Shown here: positions 20,319-29,579 of the stretch, piece after piece
Numbering within the stretch: the first letter of the stretch is position 1
Layout: each line of letters begins with the position of its first letter
Origin: Cyclobacteriaceae bacterium
GTDB lineage: Bacteria; Bacteroidota; Bacteroidia; Cytophagales; Cyclobacteriaceae
Direction of reading: 5' to 3'
NCBI GenBank assembly: GCA_040902445.1
Contig: JBBDXJ010000293.1
Span: 2,075 to 66,074, forward strand
DNA length: 64,000 nucleotides
The notes under the pieces: generated by a model
Database searches by the model: none
What the model saw: only the letters and a program-made list of their open reading frames with translations
What the model was told of the DNA's origin: nothing
Position numbers and translations under genes: made by a program

Positions 20319-21701
20319 ATGAAAAATGTTTTCATTTCCCTGTTATCGGCACTGCTCCTGTTAACATCATGTAATAGAGATTCTCCAAATAGAACTTCTC
20401 TAACTCATGACATCATAATCACTGACGTAAACATCATTGATGTTGCAAGCGGTGATATACTTGCTGACAGAACTGTTGGCATTAATGGTGAGCGGATATT
20501 AAAAATTTACAAGAGCAATGATAAATCCCTGACTTCTTCAATAACGGTTAATGGTAAGAATAAATTTCTGATTCCCGGGCTGTGGGATATGCATATCCAT
20601 TACTACTGGAACTACAAAGATAGTGCGCCGTATTTAGTTGCAAATGGCATTGTTGGAGTAAGGGAAATGTTTGGAAAAATGGACGCTGTTGTTGAAATGA
20701 AAAGCCTAATGGACAACGGAAGTTTGCTCGGACCGGAAATTTTTTCTTCAGGAGCAATTATCGATGGTCCGGAACCGGTGTGGCCCGGTTCGGATAAGGT
20801 GGCCAATGCTGAAGATGCGAATAGGGTTGTTAAAGAGCAGCTCGCGCAGGGCGTGGATTTTCTTAAAGTCTATTCCCGATTATCCAGGGAATCATATTTG
20901 ACCATAGCCCGGCTTGCTGAGCAAAATAAGATCAATTTTGCCGGGCATATACCTCAAAAAGTGACTTTTTGGGAAGCCATTGCCAATAATCAAAAAAGCA
21001 TTGAGCATAACACTGGCATTCTTGAAGCTGCTTCCTTTAAGGCTGATTCAATTTACGAGTATTATCAAAACACAACAGCCAGCAACGCCTCATGGAGAGC
21101 TGAAATGTTTCATTTGCTCGCCGATACTTATAGCGAAAAGCGAATGGATTCTTTAATCTCCGTTCTTTCCTCCAGCAACACGTGGTTATGTCCTACCATG
21201 GTGGTCATGAGAGGTATGGCTTACAACAGGGATAGCACGATGGTAAACGATGCACGTCAGGACAATTTGCCCGGCTATATTTCGAGGTTATGAAAAAAAT
21301 TTTCCACAGACAGCGCGCTGACGAGAGCTTTCAGAAGGAATTATGAATTGCAGAAAAACCAATTAAAAAAAATGGCTAATAATGGCGTCAAAATTATTGC
21401 CGGTACCGGTTTTCCAAATCGATATACTTATCCCGGATCAAGTTTGCATGACGAGTTGGAAATTTTTGTAGAAGCCGGTCTTACTAACCTTCAGGCCATC
21501 CAAACAGCTACATTAAATGCTGCAATTTTTCTTGAAAAAACAGCGGATCATGGCCCAATTGAAGAATCGAAATATGCAAATATGGTATTGTTAGACAGCA
21601 ATCCTTTGATTGATATAAATAATATCAGGGACATAAATTCTGTATTCTTAAAGGGAAAATACATTGCGAAAGAGGAAATTGAGAGTTTGTTAAAAAATTA
21701 G
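20319..21701 (+). pseudogene. amidohydrolase-family lipoprotein gene interrupted by a single in-frame TGA
   Basis: ORFs 20226..21293 and 21348..21701 are in the same frame. TGA at 21291-21293 is the only stop between them. Lipoprotein-type start MKNVFISLLSALLLLTSC at 20319. HxH motif GLWDMHIHY present. The usual GTD aspartate reads GTG. Confidence 0.65.
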
Positions 21702-21779
21702 TTTATAATCATTATATTGCCTGCCCCAGGGCTTTCCCAGCCGCAATAAATTCATTTATTTAATTTAAAACACATAGCA

Positions 21780-22646
21780 ATGAACCTGCTTAACAGAAGA
21801 AAATTCATTTCAACAGGCGTAACCGGTTTGGCTGGCGCCTCCATGTTCATCCCTCAATTGCTGCAAGGAAAAAATAAAAGCGCGGCAATGAAACACATCG
21901 GTGTTCAGAGCTGGGTCATAAAAGATGATCTCACAAAAGATATGAGCGGCACGCTGAAGAAAATGGGCGCGATGGGTTACAACAGCATCGAGATGTGCTC
22001 ACCTCCGGGCTATGCTAATAGCGGCTTTGGTGCTTTGCAAAATTTGAGTGCTTCCCAAATGAAAAGTATTATCACCGATGCAGGATTTAGTTGCGTCAGT
22101 TGTCACTATGGATTTTCTGAACTGAAAGAGAATGGTCAGGAGCGGATCGATTTTGCGAAAGAACTGGGGCTCACGCAAATGGTAATCTCTTCCTATGGCC
22201 TGCCTAAAGATGCCACTCTCGATGACTGGAAAAAAAGAGCGGAGGATTCAAATAAAATAGGGGAGCTCACGAAAAAGTCTGGTTTGCAACTGGCCTTCCA
22301 CAACCACAATAACGAATTCGAAAAGCTTGACGGACAGCTCATCTATGACTCATTACTTGATCGCCTGGATGGTGACCTTGTCAAGATGCAGTTCCAGGTA
22401 TGGGTCATCAGCATAGGTTATAAAGCCGCGGATTATTTCAAAAAATATCCCGGACGTTTTATTTCTGCTCACCTGTATGACTGGACAGGAAAGGGCGAGG
22501 AAATGGTTGCGCTGGGCAAAGGCGTTGTAGACTGGAATGAATTCTTCGCCGCGGCGAAAGTTGGTGGCGTAAAAAATTATTACGCAGAGATGGCCATGCC
22601 ATACCTGAAGGAAAGCGCAGAGTTTTTAAAAGGACGGAAGGCATAA
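21780..22646 (+). CDS. sugar phosphate isomerase/epimerase (xylose-isomerase-like TIM barrel), Tat-type signal
   Basis: 288 aa. N-terminal RRKFISTGVTGLAGASM twin-arginine-like signal. The LAFHNHNNEF motif is typical of the AP endonuclease 2 / xylose isomerase-like fold. Confidence 0.7.
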   Translation: MNLLNRRKFISTGVTGLAGASMFIPQLLQGKNKSAAMKHIGVQSWVIKDDLTKDMSGTLKKMGAMGYNSIEMCSPPGYANSGFGALQNLSASQMKSIITDAGFSCVSCHYGFSELKENGQERIDFAKELGLTQMVISSYGLPKDATLDDWKKRAEDSNKIGELTKKSGLQLAFHNHNNEFEKLDGQLIYDSLLDRLDGDLVKMQFQVWVISIGYKAADYFKKYPGRFISAHLYDWTGKGEEMVALGKGVVDWNEFFAAAKVGGVKNYYAEMAMPYLKESAEFLKGRKA

Positions 22647-22708
22647 CCACGAGTATTCTATTCTACAAGATTCTTCGAACCAGATTTGTCCCTTGCGCAA
22701 TGAGGGGA

Positions 22709-22753
22709 GCCCGCCCGAACCGAGTCTGACCGATACGGTTCGTTCGGGCGGGC
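22709..22753. terminator. GC-rich hairpin between convergent genes
   Basis: GCCCGCCCGAAC (22709-22720) pairs with GTTCGGGCGGGC (22742-22753). A second 7-bp hairpin, GCGCAGG...CCTGCGC, follows at 22761-22786. Confidence 0.5.
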
Positions 22754-22820
22754 TTCGCTTGCGCAGGCTTACGCGCAAACCTGCGCTCAGTATGACGGGT
22801 TCGAAAGGGGCGAGTCGAGC

Positions 22821-23723
22821 CTACCTTTTTCTTGAGCCCAGATCCTGCTCTTTCAAAAATTCGATGAAATGTCTGATGTGTGTGTCGGTGCGGTTTTGCG
22901 TCAGGCATGCGATATACCAGCTGCGGTAAAAACCATTTTTTGTGATCCTCACCTGCTTCAGCAATGAGCTGCCCTGCAGAAATGGTTTTACGAGCCATTT
23001 CGAAAGCACCGTAATTCCAATCCCGGCTTTCACAAGTTCAACCCTCGCCTCCGTCAACTGCATTTTTGTGACCCGCGCCGGCGTTACATTTTGCGGAATC
23101 AGCATATTCTGGGCGAAGTAATCACACTCAAACGCTTCTTTGTAAATGATCACGTTTTCATTTTCGAAATCCTTGGGCCTGACATACGGCTTTGATGCTA
23201 ATGGGTGGTCGTGAGCTACGAGCAGGATCTGCTCATCGTCAAATACTTTTTCGAAGGTGACACCGTTGTCCTCACTTTTATTGTTGGTAATAGCAAGATG
23301 GATCTTGCCTTTCAGCAAAAAGTCGATCGGGTCGTTCATCGCTTCGGTTACAATATCAATTTCAACGTTCGGAGATGTCTGATGAAATTTTTTCATTAAC
23401 ACCGGAAGCCAGTGATAGCATGTGTAGCATTGAGTACTTACCCGTAATTCGCGAACTGAATTGTTGTGATGCTTCAGCTGTTTCTCGATCGCCTGAAGCT
23501 TTGGCAAAATTTCTTCGGATGCATTCAGGATCATCTTGCCGGCATCTGTCAGGATCATAGTCTTATTGATACGCAAGAACAGCGGGACACCTAATCTCGA
23601 TTCTATTTCTTTCAGCTGGTGACTTAAAGAGGGCTGTGTGAGAAACAACTTCTTCGAGGCTTTCGTCATATTGCCCGTATCGGCGATTTCTTTGATAAGG
23701 TGCAGATGCTTAATTTCTATCAT
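22821..23723 (-). CDS. LysR family transcriptional regulator
   Basis: 300 aa. N-terminal wHTH ASKKLFLTQPSLSHQLKEIESRLGVPLF and a C-terminal substrate-binding domain. Confidence 0.85.
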   Translation of the reverse strand: MIEIKHLHLIKEIADTGNMTKASKKLFLTQPSLSHQLKEIESRLGVPLFLRINKTMILTDAGKMILNASEEILPKLQAIEKQLKHHNNSVRELRVSTQCYTCYHWLPVLMKKFHQTSPNVEIDIVTEAMNDPIDFLLKGKIHLAITNNKSEDNGVTFEKVFDDEQILLVAHDHPLASKPYVRPKDFENENVIIYKEAFECDYFAQNMLIPQNVTPARVTKMQLTEARVELVKAGIGITVLSKWLVKPFLQGSSLLKQVRITKNGFYRSWYIACLTQNRTDTHIRHFIEFLKEQDLGSRKR

Positions 23724-23734
23724 TAGATTTACTT

Positions 23735-23758
23735 ATGAATACTATGAAATTAATTCAT
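23735..23758. promoter_or_regulatory. inverted repeat ATGAAT-N12-ATTCAT in the LysR/permease divergent intergenic region
   Basis: 6-bp arms at 23735-23740 and 23753-23758, 12 nt upstream of the LysR start codon. Geometry is similar to a LysR T-N11-A site. Confidence 0.3.
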
Positions 23759-23799
23759 TTTTTCGATTAATACAAACAGGCTAAATTGACGGTAAACAA

Positions 23800-26229
23800 A
23801 TGCATATGATTGCGCTGCTGTACCGGTCCGCCCTCAGGTTGATCCTGCGAACCAAAACTTTAACATTCGTAAAAGTAACGGGTCTGACCATCGGATCTGG
23901 AATATTTCTACTCACGTGCTTATTCTGTCTTCACGAGATCGACTACGACAAGCAACATCCTGATTATGACAGGATCTACCGTTATGTTCATGTTGTGAGC
24001 TCTCCCGATGGAATTCAGCGCTTTGCCTTTACTTCCGCCACAACCGGTCCCGCACTACAGGAACGGTATGCGTCCGTACAATCCTTCTGCCGGCTGATCT
24101 TCCCCCGGGTAAGTGTGAGAAATTTCCGATCGGATGAGTCATTCAATGAATCCAAATTTGGATTCGCTGACCAGAATTTTTTTACATTTTTCGATTTTCC
24201 GTTACAAGGAGGCACAAACCCTGAAACCATTCTTGACGATCCCATGGAGGTTGTGTTAACACGTTCGTGTGCCAAAAAATATTTTCGTGAGGCAAACCCA
24301 ATTGGAAAGACACTTATCATCAATGGTGAATTGATATTTACCGTCACGGGAATTTTAGAAGAAGAGCCCTCTAAAAGCCATATTGATTTTGAGTTTATAG
24401 CTTCCTTTTCGTCGTTTCAGGTAATTAAAAATCATCCTGTCATTTCGCAGCAAATCCCCGCATCCCTGAACGTTGACACCAAAGGGTTTGCCGCTTTTTA
24501 CACGTACCTGCTGTTGCAGGACCAGCGTTCATCGGAAAACCTTATTGCAGAATTCCCTGCGTTCATTGAAGAATTCAGGGGTAAAGGAAGGTCAGAACGC
24601 CTTAAGCCGATACTTCAAAGTCTGGAATCCATACACCTGGAATCTGATCTTCTGTATGAGATTCAACAGAATGGGTCTTTGAAAATTGTTGCCGTGTCTT
24701 TCTTTATCGGTCTGCTCATCCTTTTTATTGCGTGTATAAATTATATCAATATTTCTACAGCTGAGTTTATCAACAGGTCGCCGGGGGTGGGGCTTAAAAA
24801 GATCCTGGGCATCAGCCGGGCGTCGCTGATAGCAACCCATCTGGCAGAAACATGTATTCTAACGATGTTTAGTCTGTCACTGGGCTCGTTTCTTGCCATG
24901 TTGAGCTTGCCCTGGTTTAATGTAATGGTCAATCGAGATGTTCTTTTTTTCAGAAGGGAGACTGCGTTGATTATATTGTGCATTTGTGTTTTCGTGGTGA
25001 TCATATCCGGTGTTTATCCCGCAATTCATATAACGCGATCAAAAGCCGTTGAAGCCTTCCGCGGAACCTGGAAGGGAAAACCGTCTTCTTTTGCTTTGAG
25101 GAACGCACTGGTTTTTTTTCAATTGCTCAGCTCCTTTTGTCTCCTGACATTTTCAATATTGACCTATCAACAACTCGACTATATTGTTCACAAAGATCCG
25201 GGTTTCGATGCGCATCAGGTAGTGACCATCAATGCCACAGCCACCCCTCCAGAGAAAAGGACAAGTTTCAAAAACAAGCTGCTCACAGATAGAAGCATCG
25301 CGAACGTCGCCCGGTGTTCTACTCCGCCTGGAGAATCGTTCTTTTCATATGGGATTACTGTGCCTGAGAATAGTTCCGATGAGGAACGGAGAATTGGTGT
25401 TTACCAATCATTCGTAGACAGCGATTATCTGCAAACGCTGGGGCTGGAGTTGGCGGAAGGCAGGTTTTTCAATCCTGATATCGGATCCGATTCCACAAAA
25501 TATATAATAATCAATCTATCGGCTGCAAATGCTCTTGGTAACAATGTGTTGAACAGGGAGGTGGAGTTACCCAGCATTTTCTCGCCTATAAGGGCTAAAA
25601 AATATGTTGCGGGAATCGTAAAGGATTTCAATTTTGCCTCCCTTCACCAGGAGGTCCAGCCCCTGGTGCTGGAGTACAATCCGGATCTTTGCGGTTATTT
25701 CCTCGTGCGCATTCCAACCAACGCAGTGGGAGCCTCAATAGCAGTGATCGAAAAGACATGGGGTGAGATAATGCCGGATGTACCCTTTGACTATTCATTT
25801 CTTGATCAGCGCTTTGCAAGTTTTTATAAAGACGATCAACATCAGAAACACATCTTTGCATGTATCGCTTTGATCGCAATTGGATTAGCATCAATTGGAA
25901 TTTTCGGAACAACACTTTTCCTTGCCCAGCAAAAGACAAAAGAAGTAAGCATTCGCAAAATTCTCGGCTCTGACAGACTGGCCATTGTGCTTATGCTTTT
26001 TAAGCCAACCTTTTTAATACTGGTATTGTCAAGCGTTATTGGTATACCGCTTGTAAATATCTGCGGGAATAGTTGGTTAAATCAATATGCCTACCGCGTT
26101 GACCTTTCACCTTTGTTATTTCTGGTGGCGTTCTTAACCATGTTGATCGTGGTGTTGGCAACCATGGTGTATCATTTTTTAAAAATCACAAATATCAACG
26201 CCGCGCAGGTGTTGAGGCAGGCGAATTAG
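23800..26229 (+). CDS. MacB/FtsX-type ABC transporter permease (orphan)
   Basis: 809 aa, same two-module architecture. GLKKILGIS and SIRKILGSD loops. Divergent from the LysR gene. Confidence 0.75.
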   Translation: MHMIALLYRSALRLILRTKTLTFVKVTGLTIGSGIFLLTCLFCLHEIDYDKQHPDYDRIYRYVHVVSSPDGIQRFAFTSATTGPALQERYASVQSFCRLIFPRVSVRNFRSDESFNESKFGFADQNFFTFFDFPLQGGTNPETILDDPMEVVLTRSCAKKYFREANPIGKTLIINGELIFTVTGILEEEPSKSHIDFEFIASFSSFQVIKNHPVISQQIPASLNVDTKGFAAFYTYLLLQDQRSSENLIAEFPAFIEEFRGKGRSERLKPILQSLESIHLESDLLYEIQQNGSLKIVAVSFFIGLLILFIACINYINISTAEFINRSPGVGLKKILGISRASLIATHLAETCILTMFSLSLGSFLAMLSLPWFNVMVNRDVLFFRRETALIILCICVFVVIISGVYPAIHITRSKAVEAFRGTWKGKPSSFALRNALVFFQLLSSFCLLTFSILTYQQLDYIVHKDPGFDAHQVVTINATATPPEKRTSFKNKLLTDRSIANVARCSTPPGESFFSYGITVPENSSDEERRIGVYQSFVDSDYLQTLGLELAEGRFFNPDIGSDSTKYIIINLSAANALGNNVLNREVELPSIFSPIRAKKYVAGIVKDFNFASLHQEVQPLVLEYNPDLCGYFLVRIPTNAVGASIAVIEKTWGEIMPDVPFDYSFLDQRFASFYKDDQHQKHIFACIALIAIGLASIGIFGTTLFLAQQKTKEVSIRKILGSDRLAIVLMLFKPTFLILVLSSVIGIPLVNICGNSWLNQYAYRVDLSPLLFLVAFLTMLIVVLATMVYHFLKITNINAAQVLRQAN

Positions 26230-26256
26230 AAAATATTTTCAAGCTTTGATGGCCTT

Positions 26257-26768
26257 TCACATATAATACAAGATCACGGCCGCCACCAGCAGCATTAGGA
26301 AATGATAGGACGTATTGATGGCAAATAGTTTCCATGATTTCTTTTCCCATGCTACCGCGCTCAGGTCCACTGGCAGGTAAAATCCAAGCCACGTAAAACC
26401 GACAGCGCTCATGATGCTGGCCATGGGTGACATCTCATCTGCCCCGGGCACGTAACTCCACGCGGCCATGTTGTGCGCAAAAACATAAGCCATAAAAAAA
26501 TTTCCAATGATCATGAAGATCATTCCTTTGGCCAATTCACCACCGGACGGTTTTACTGAAATCCTATTGACTTGATCTTCGGGCCATTCTTCGATCTGTT
26601 CACGTTTTTAATCCATTGACGATTCATATAAAATAAACCGCCCCCAATTGCAAGCAAAAGAGGCGCCACCATATGTCCGCCAACCCACCAGGCCGCTATA
26701 CCCACGGCGAATCCTACTGACATGTAACTCAATAAACCTCTTATGTAATTTTTTGAATTGGTTTTCAT
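26257..26768 (-). pseudogene. DUF1761-like membrane protein gene split by a 1-nt frameshift at an A5 run
   Basis: The C-terminal ORF (26257..26535) ends ...EKKSWKLFAINTSYHF, which is DUF1761-like. Its frame stays open upstream to 26607 (KREQIEEWPEDQ...). The upstream 71-aa ORF (26553..26768) reads ...LFYMNRQWIKNV across the same A5 run (26605-26609, T5 on the + strand). One extra A would join them into about 170 aa. Confidence 0.5.
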
Positions 26769-26831
26769 GACATTTCAAGTTAACTGACCCCCGCGGGAAA
26801 TGAGGTTACGCACAAAGAATTGTTCTCTGAA

Positions 26832-27263
26832 CTAAACGTTTAACCGTTCTTCATACGGCGCAATCAGCCCATTTTCCAGATTAAGTTTAAGAAGGCGAAG
26901 ATACATTGCCCAGCAATAGCTGAAGATTCTATAATGCTCGTTCTGAGCTGGCCATCCGGTATGATAAAATTGGACATTGGTTCCGTTCTCACCGGGTTTT
27001 ATGATAAAACCCACATGCGTGTTATTCCAGTCTTTGTCGGATCTTGTCATTTCAAATTCAACTGTATTCTCCGGAACGTATTTGCTGACTGTGGCCTCCC
27101 ACTGGTATTCAGGACCAAAAACGAGTTTATATTTTTCGCCGGCCCTCGGCTCGCCGGAAGATTTGCTTGTCCACCATGCATCAAGACCTGAAGGTTTCGA
27201 CACCGCATCAAAGACCCTGCCCGCAGAAGCTTGTATCCAAAAATCGTGAAAAATGTCTGCCAT
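26832..27263 (-). CDS. SRPBCC (Aha1/START-like) family protein
   Basis: 143 aa. FWIQASAGRVFDAVSKPSGLDAWWT is typical of the activator-of-Hsp90-ATPase-like SRPBCC family. Confidence 0.7.
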   Translation of the reverse strand: MADIFHDFWIQASAGRVFDAVSKPSGLDAWWTSKSSGEPRAGEKYKLVFGPEYQWEATVSKYVPENTVEFEMTRSDKDWNNTHVGFIIKPGENGTNVQFYHTGWPAQNEHYRIFSYCWAMYLRLLKLNLENGLIAPYEERLNV

Positions 27264-27651
27264 GTTTTGATCGTTTAGCAGTGGGAATGTTCATTGTGCG
27301 TGCAAACACAATGACAATAAACTCAAGTTAAAAAAAACGTTGGAGTTATTGTCAACAGTTGAGGGAAATTTTTCATTGGCGGGAAACGCTCATGCAGAAC
27401 TTTGGGTGATTTACTTCGCGACAAAAAACTGAATGTGGAAAGATCATTTTTGTTGAGCCTCCGAATCCGAGGTGCGTACGAGAATTCCTGAAATATTGGT
27501 CACAGGCGGGGATTCTGTACCTCAACGTTTAAAGCTTATTTGTAAAATAATGAAATTATAGGGAGGAAGTAGGATCCGGTTTCTATTGTATTGAATATAT
27601 TTGATAATAGTCTATGCGCTTATTTGCTAAATTTAAGGATCTGTAAAAAAT

Positions 27652-28041
27652 ATGAAAAAAGTTAAAATAGTACACCCAGACAGGAATCCCAATTTTGTCA
27701 CCGGTGCTTATTCCGATGGCGTCCTTGTAAATGGTTTCCTCTTTGTGAGTGGCCAGGCGTGTGTAGATTTTAAGACCTCTTCTTTTGTATTGGGTACCAT
27801 TGAAGAAGAGACTGTCAGAACGCTCGAGAATATAAAAGCTATTATTGAAACGGCGGGTGCAACCATGGATGATGTTGTGAAGTGTACAGTACACTTATCA
27901 GACATCAAAGATTTTGACCGGTACAATAAAATATATTCCGCCTATTTCACAGGAATAAAACCCGCAAGAACGACGGTGCAATCCGTGCTGGCGGAAAATA
28001 TCAAAGTTGAAATTGATGCGATTGTAAAAATGCCGGATTGA
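27652..28041 (+). CDS. RidA/YjgF family enamine-imine deaminase
   Basis: 129 aa. YSDGVLVNGFLFVSGQ and PARTTVQSVL...VEIDAIV motifs. Confidence 0.8.
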   Translation: MKKVKIVHPDRNPNFVTGAYSDGVLVNGFLFVSGQACVDFKTSSFVLGTIEEETVRTLENIKAIIETAGATMDDVVKCTVHLSDIKDFDRYNKIYSAYFTGIKPARTTVQSVLAENIKVEIDAIVKMPD

Positions 28042-28071
28042 CCCGGGAACCTGACTTCGTTCTGTAATAAA

Positions 28072-29517
28072 ATGTTTTCTCTAATCCCACTACCCTTGAA
28101 TTCTAAAACAACCTTTACCCTTGCCGCTCTCCTATTTCTGATCTTTATACTTTCATGTTCCGAACGCAAGGGTACGGATCAAAAATCAGAACTGTCTATT
28201 GGTATTGCTGAAGTGAATTATACACCGGAAGTCGGATTGGACATGGCTGGCAATTACCGGGGCGACGATTATGGCTCACGCGGAGTCCACGACTCTCTTT
28301 ATGCAAAAGCCATTGTCGCCGCGAATGACAAAGGAGAGAAAGTTGCCTTGCTCTCGGTAGATATCTGCTATATACCGAAAGCATCAGTTGAAATGATGCG
28401 GGCTTATATCGCATCCAATTCAACTATCAAGGCGGGCAATGTGATGATCATGGCAACCCATACACACAGTGGCCCTGTAGCGGAACTCCATGCGCCGCAA
28501 GCAAAGGAATACCTGACGAAGGCGGCGAGTGCTGTTCTCAAGGCAGATAAGGATTTGAAACCCACTGCTCTTTCTGTAGGGCGGGCTAAAGAAGACAGGG
28601 TATCCCACAATCGCCGTCTAAAATGTAAAGATGGCACCACGCATATGTGCTGGGAGAAATTTGAACCTGGCTTTGTCATTGAGCCATGGGGACCGATAGA
28701 TCCTGAACTCATCACATTGTCGATCACACAGGAAGGTAAACCCACAGGGGTGATTGTAAATTTTGCCTGTCATGCCACAACACTAACGGGGAATAATTGG
28801 TTATACACGGCAGATTATCCCGGGTACCTGGGAGAATCCATCCGGAAGGTGAAAGGCCGCGATTACATGCCCATATTTTTCAATGGATGCTCAGGGAACG
28901 TAACCCAGGTTGACTACAGGGTAGGATTTCCCGATACCTACCAGGAATGTCAACGTATAGGATACATCCTCGGAGTTTCAGCGTTGGAGGCCATTCGAAA
29001 TGAAGAGCCTGTGTCGGGTGATGTCGTCGCAGTTTCGAGCGAAATGGTTCCGGTGAAGCGCATGACTATTACAGATGAGCAATTTGCCTGGGCAAGGGCT
29101 ATCCTCAAAAAAGTTGAAAAGGAAGGTATGCCACCGCTTCAGGCCGATGGTATCCCGGACGCTCAGTATGCAAAAGATTGGGTTGATATGCGACGGGATC
29201 AGGACATTGTCGATAGTCTTGAAGTCATGGTTGTTCGCGTGGGTGATACTGCGTTCGTTGGATTGCCCGGCGAAATGTTCACTGAATTTGGAATCGATAT
29301 CAAAGCCAAATCACCGTGCAGGAATACTATGGTGATGGGGCTGGCAAATGATGAAAGAGGATATTTCCCTACAAAAGAATCATTTACACAAGGGCCAAAA
29401 GGTTTCACGCCGATGATTACAGGATATGAAACAACTCCCGGAACAACGAGATATGAAATCGGAGCCGGTGAGAAATTGTCTGAATCTGCCATTAAACAAC
29501 TGGAAAAGTTGTTTTAA
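28072..29517 (+). CDS. neutral/alkaline ceramidase-like hydrolase, lipoprotein
   Basis: 481 aa. Lipobox LIFILSC. AEVNYTPEVGLDMAGNY, HDSLYAKAIV and ATHTHSGP motifs resemble the neutral ceramidase N-terminal domain family. Confidence 0.55.
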   Translation: MFSLIPLPLNSKTTFTLAALLFLIFILSCSERKGTDQKSELSIGIAEVNYTPEVGLDMAGNYRGDDYGSRGVHDSLYAKAIVAANDKGEKVALLSVDICYIPKASVEMMRAYIASNSTIKAGNVMIMATHTHSGPVAELHAPQAKEYLTKAASAVLKADKDLKPTALSVGRAKEDRVSHNRRLKCKDGTTHMCWEKFEPGFVIEPWGPIDPELITLSITQEGKPTGVIVNFACHATTLTGNNWLYTADYPGYLGESIRKVKGRDYMPIFFNGCSGNVTQVDYRVGFPDTYQECQRIGYILGVSALEAIRNEEPVSGDVVAVSSEMVPVKRMTITDEQFAWARAILKKVEKEGMPPLQADGIPDAQYAKDWVDMRRDQDIVDSLEVMVVRVGDTAFVGLPGEMFTEFGIDIKAKSPCRNTMVMGLANDERGYFPTKESFTQGPKGFTPMITGYETTPGTTRYEIGAGEKLSESAIKQLEKLF

Positions 29518-29579
29518 TGTGTCATTCTAGATCCGTTGTGGAATTTCAGAAACCTAGGCTCATAAACACCAATACCTGA

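Noticed and set aside
21291-21293. The in-frame TGA in the amidohydrolase as a selenocysteine codon.
   Set aside because: The aligned position most plausibly holds Trp (…YISRL[W]KKF…). This family is not known to contain selenocysteine. I see no convincing stem-loop immediately downstream (the sequence is an A7 run followed by AT-rich DNA). The conserved Asp is also lost, which favours a pseudogene.
22663-22998. 111-aa Arg-rich minus-strand ORF spanning the convergent intergenic region.
   Set aside because: It runs through the GC-rich hairpins and overlaps the 3' end of the LysR gene in another frame. The highly basic low-complexity translation is typical of GC-rich repeats.
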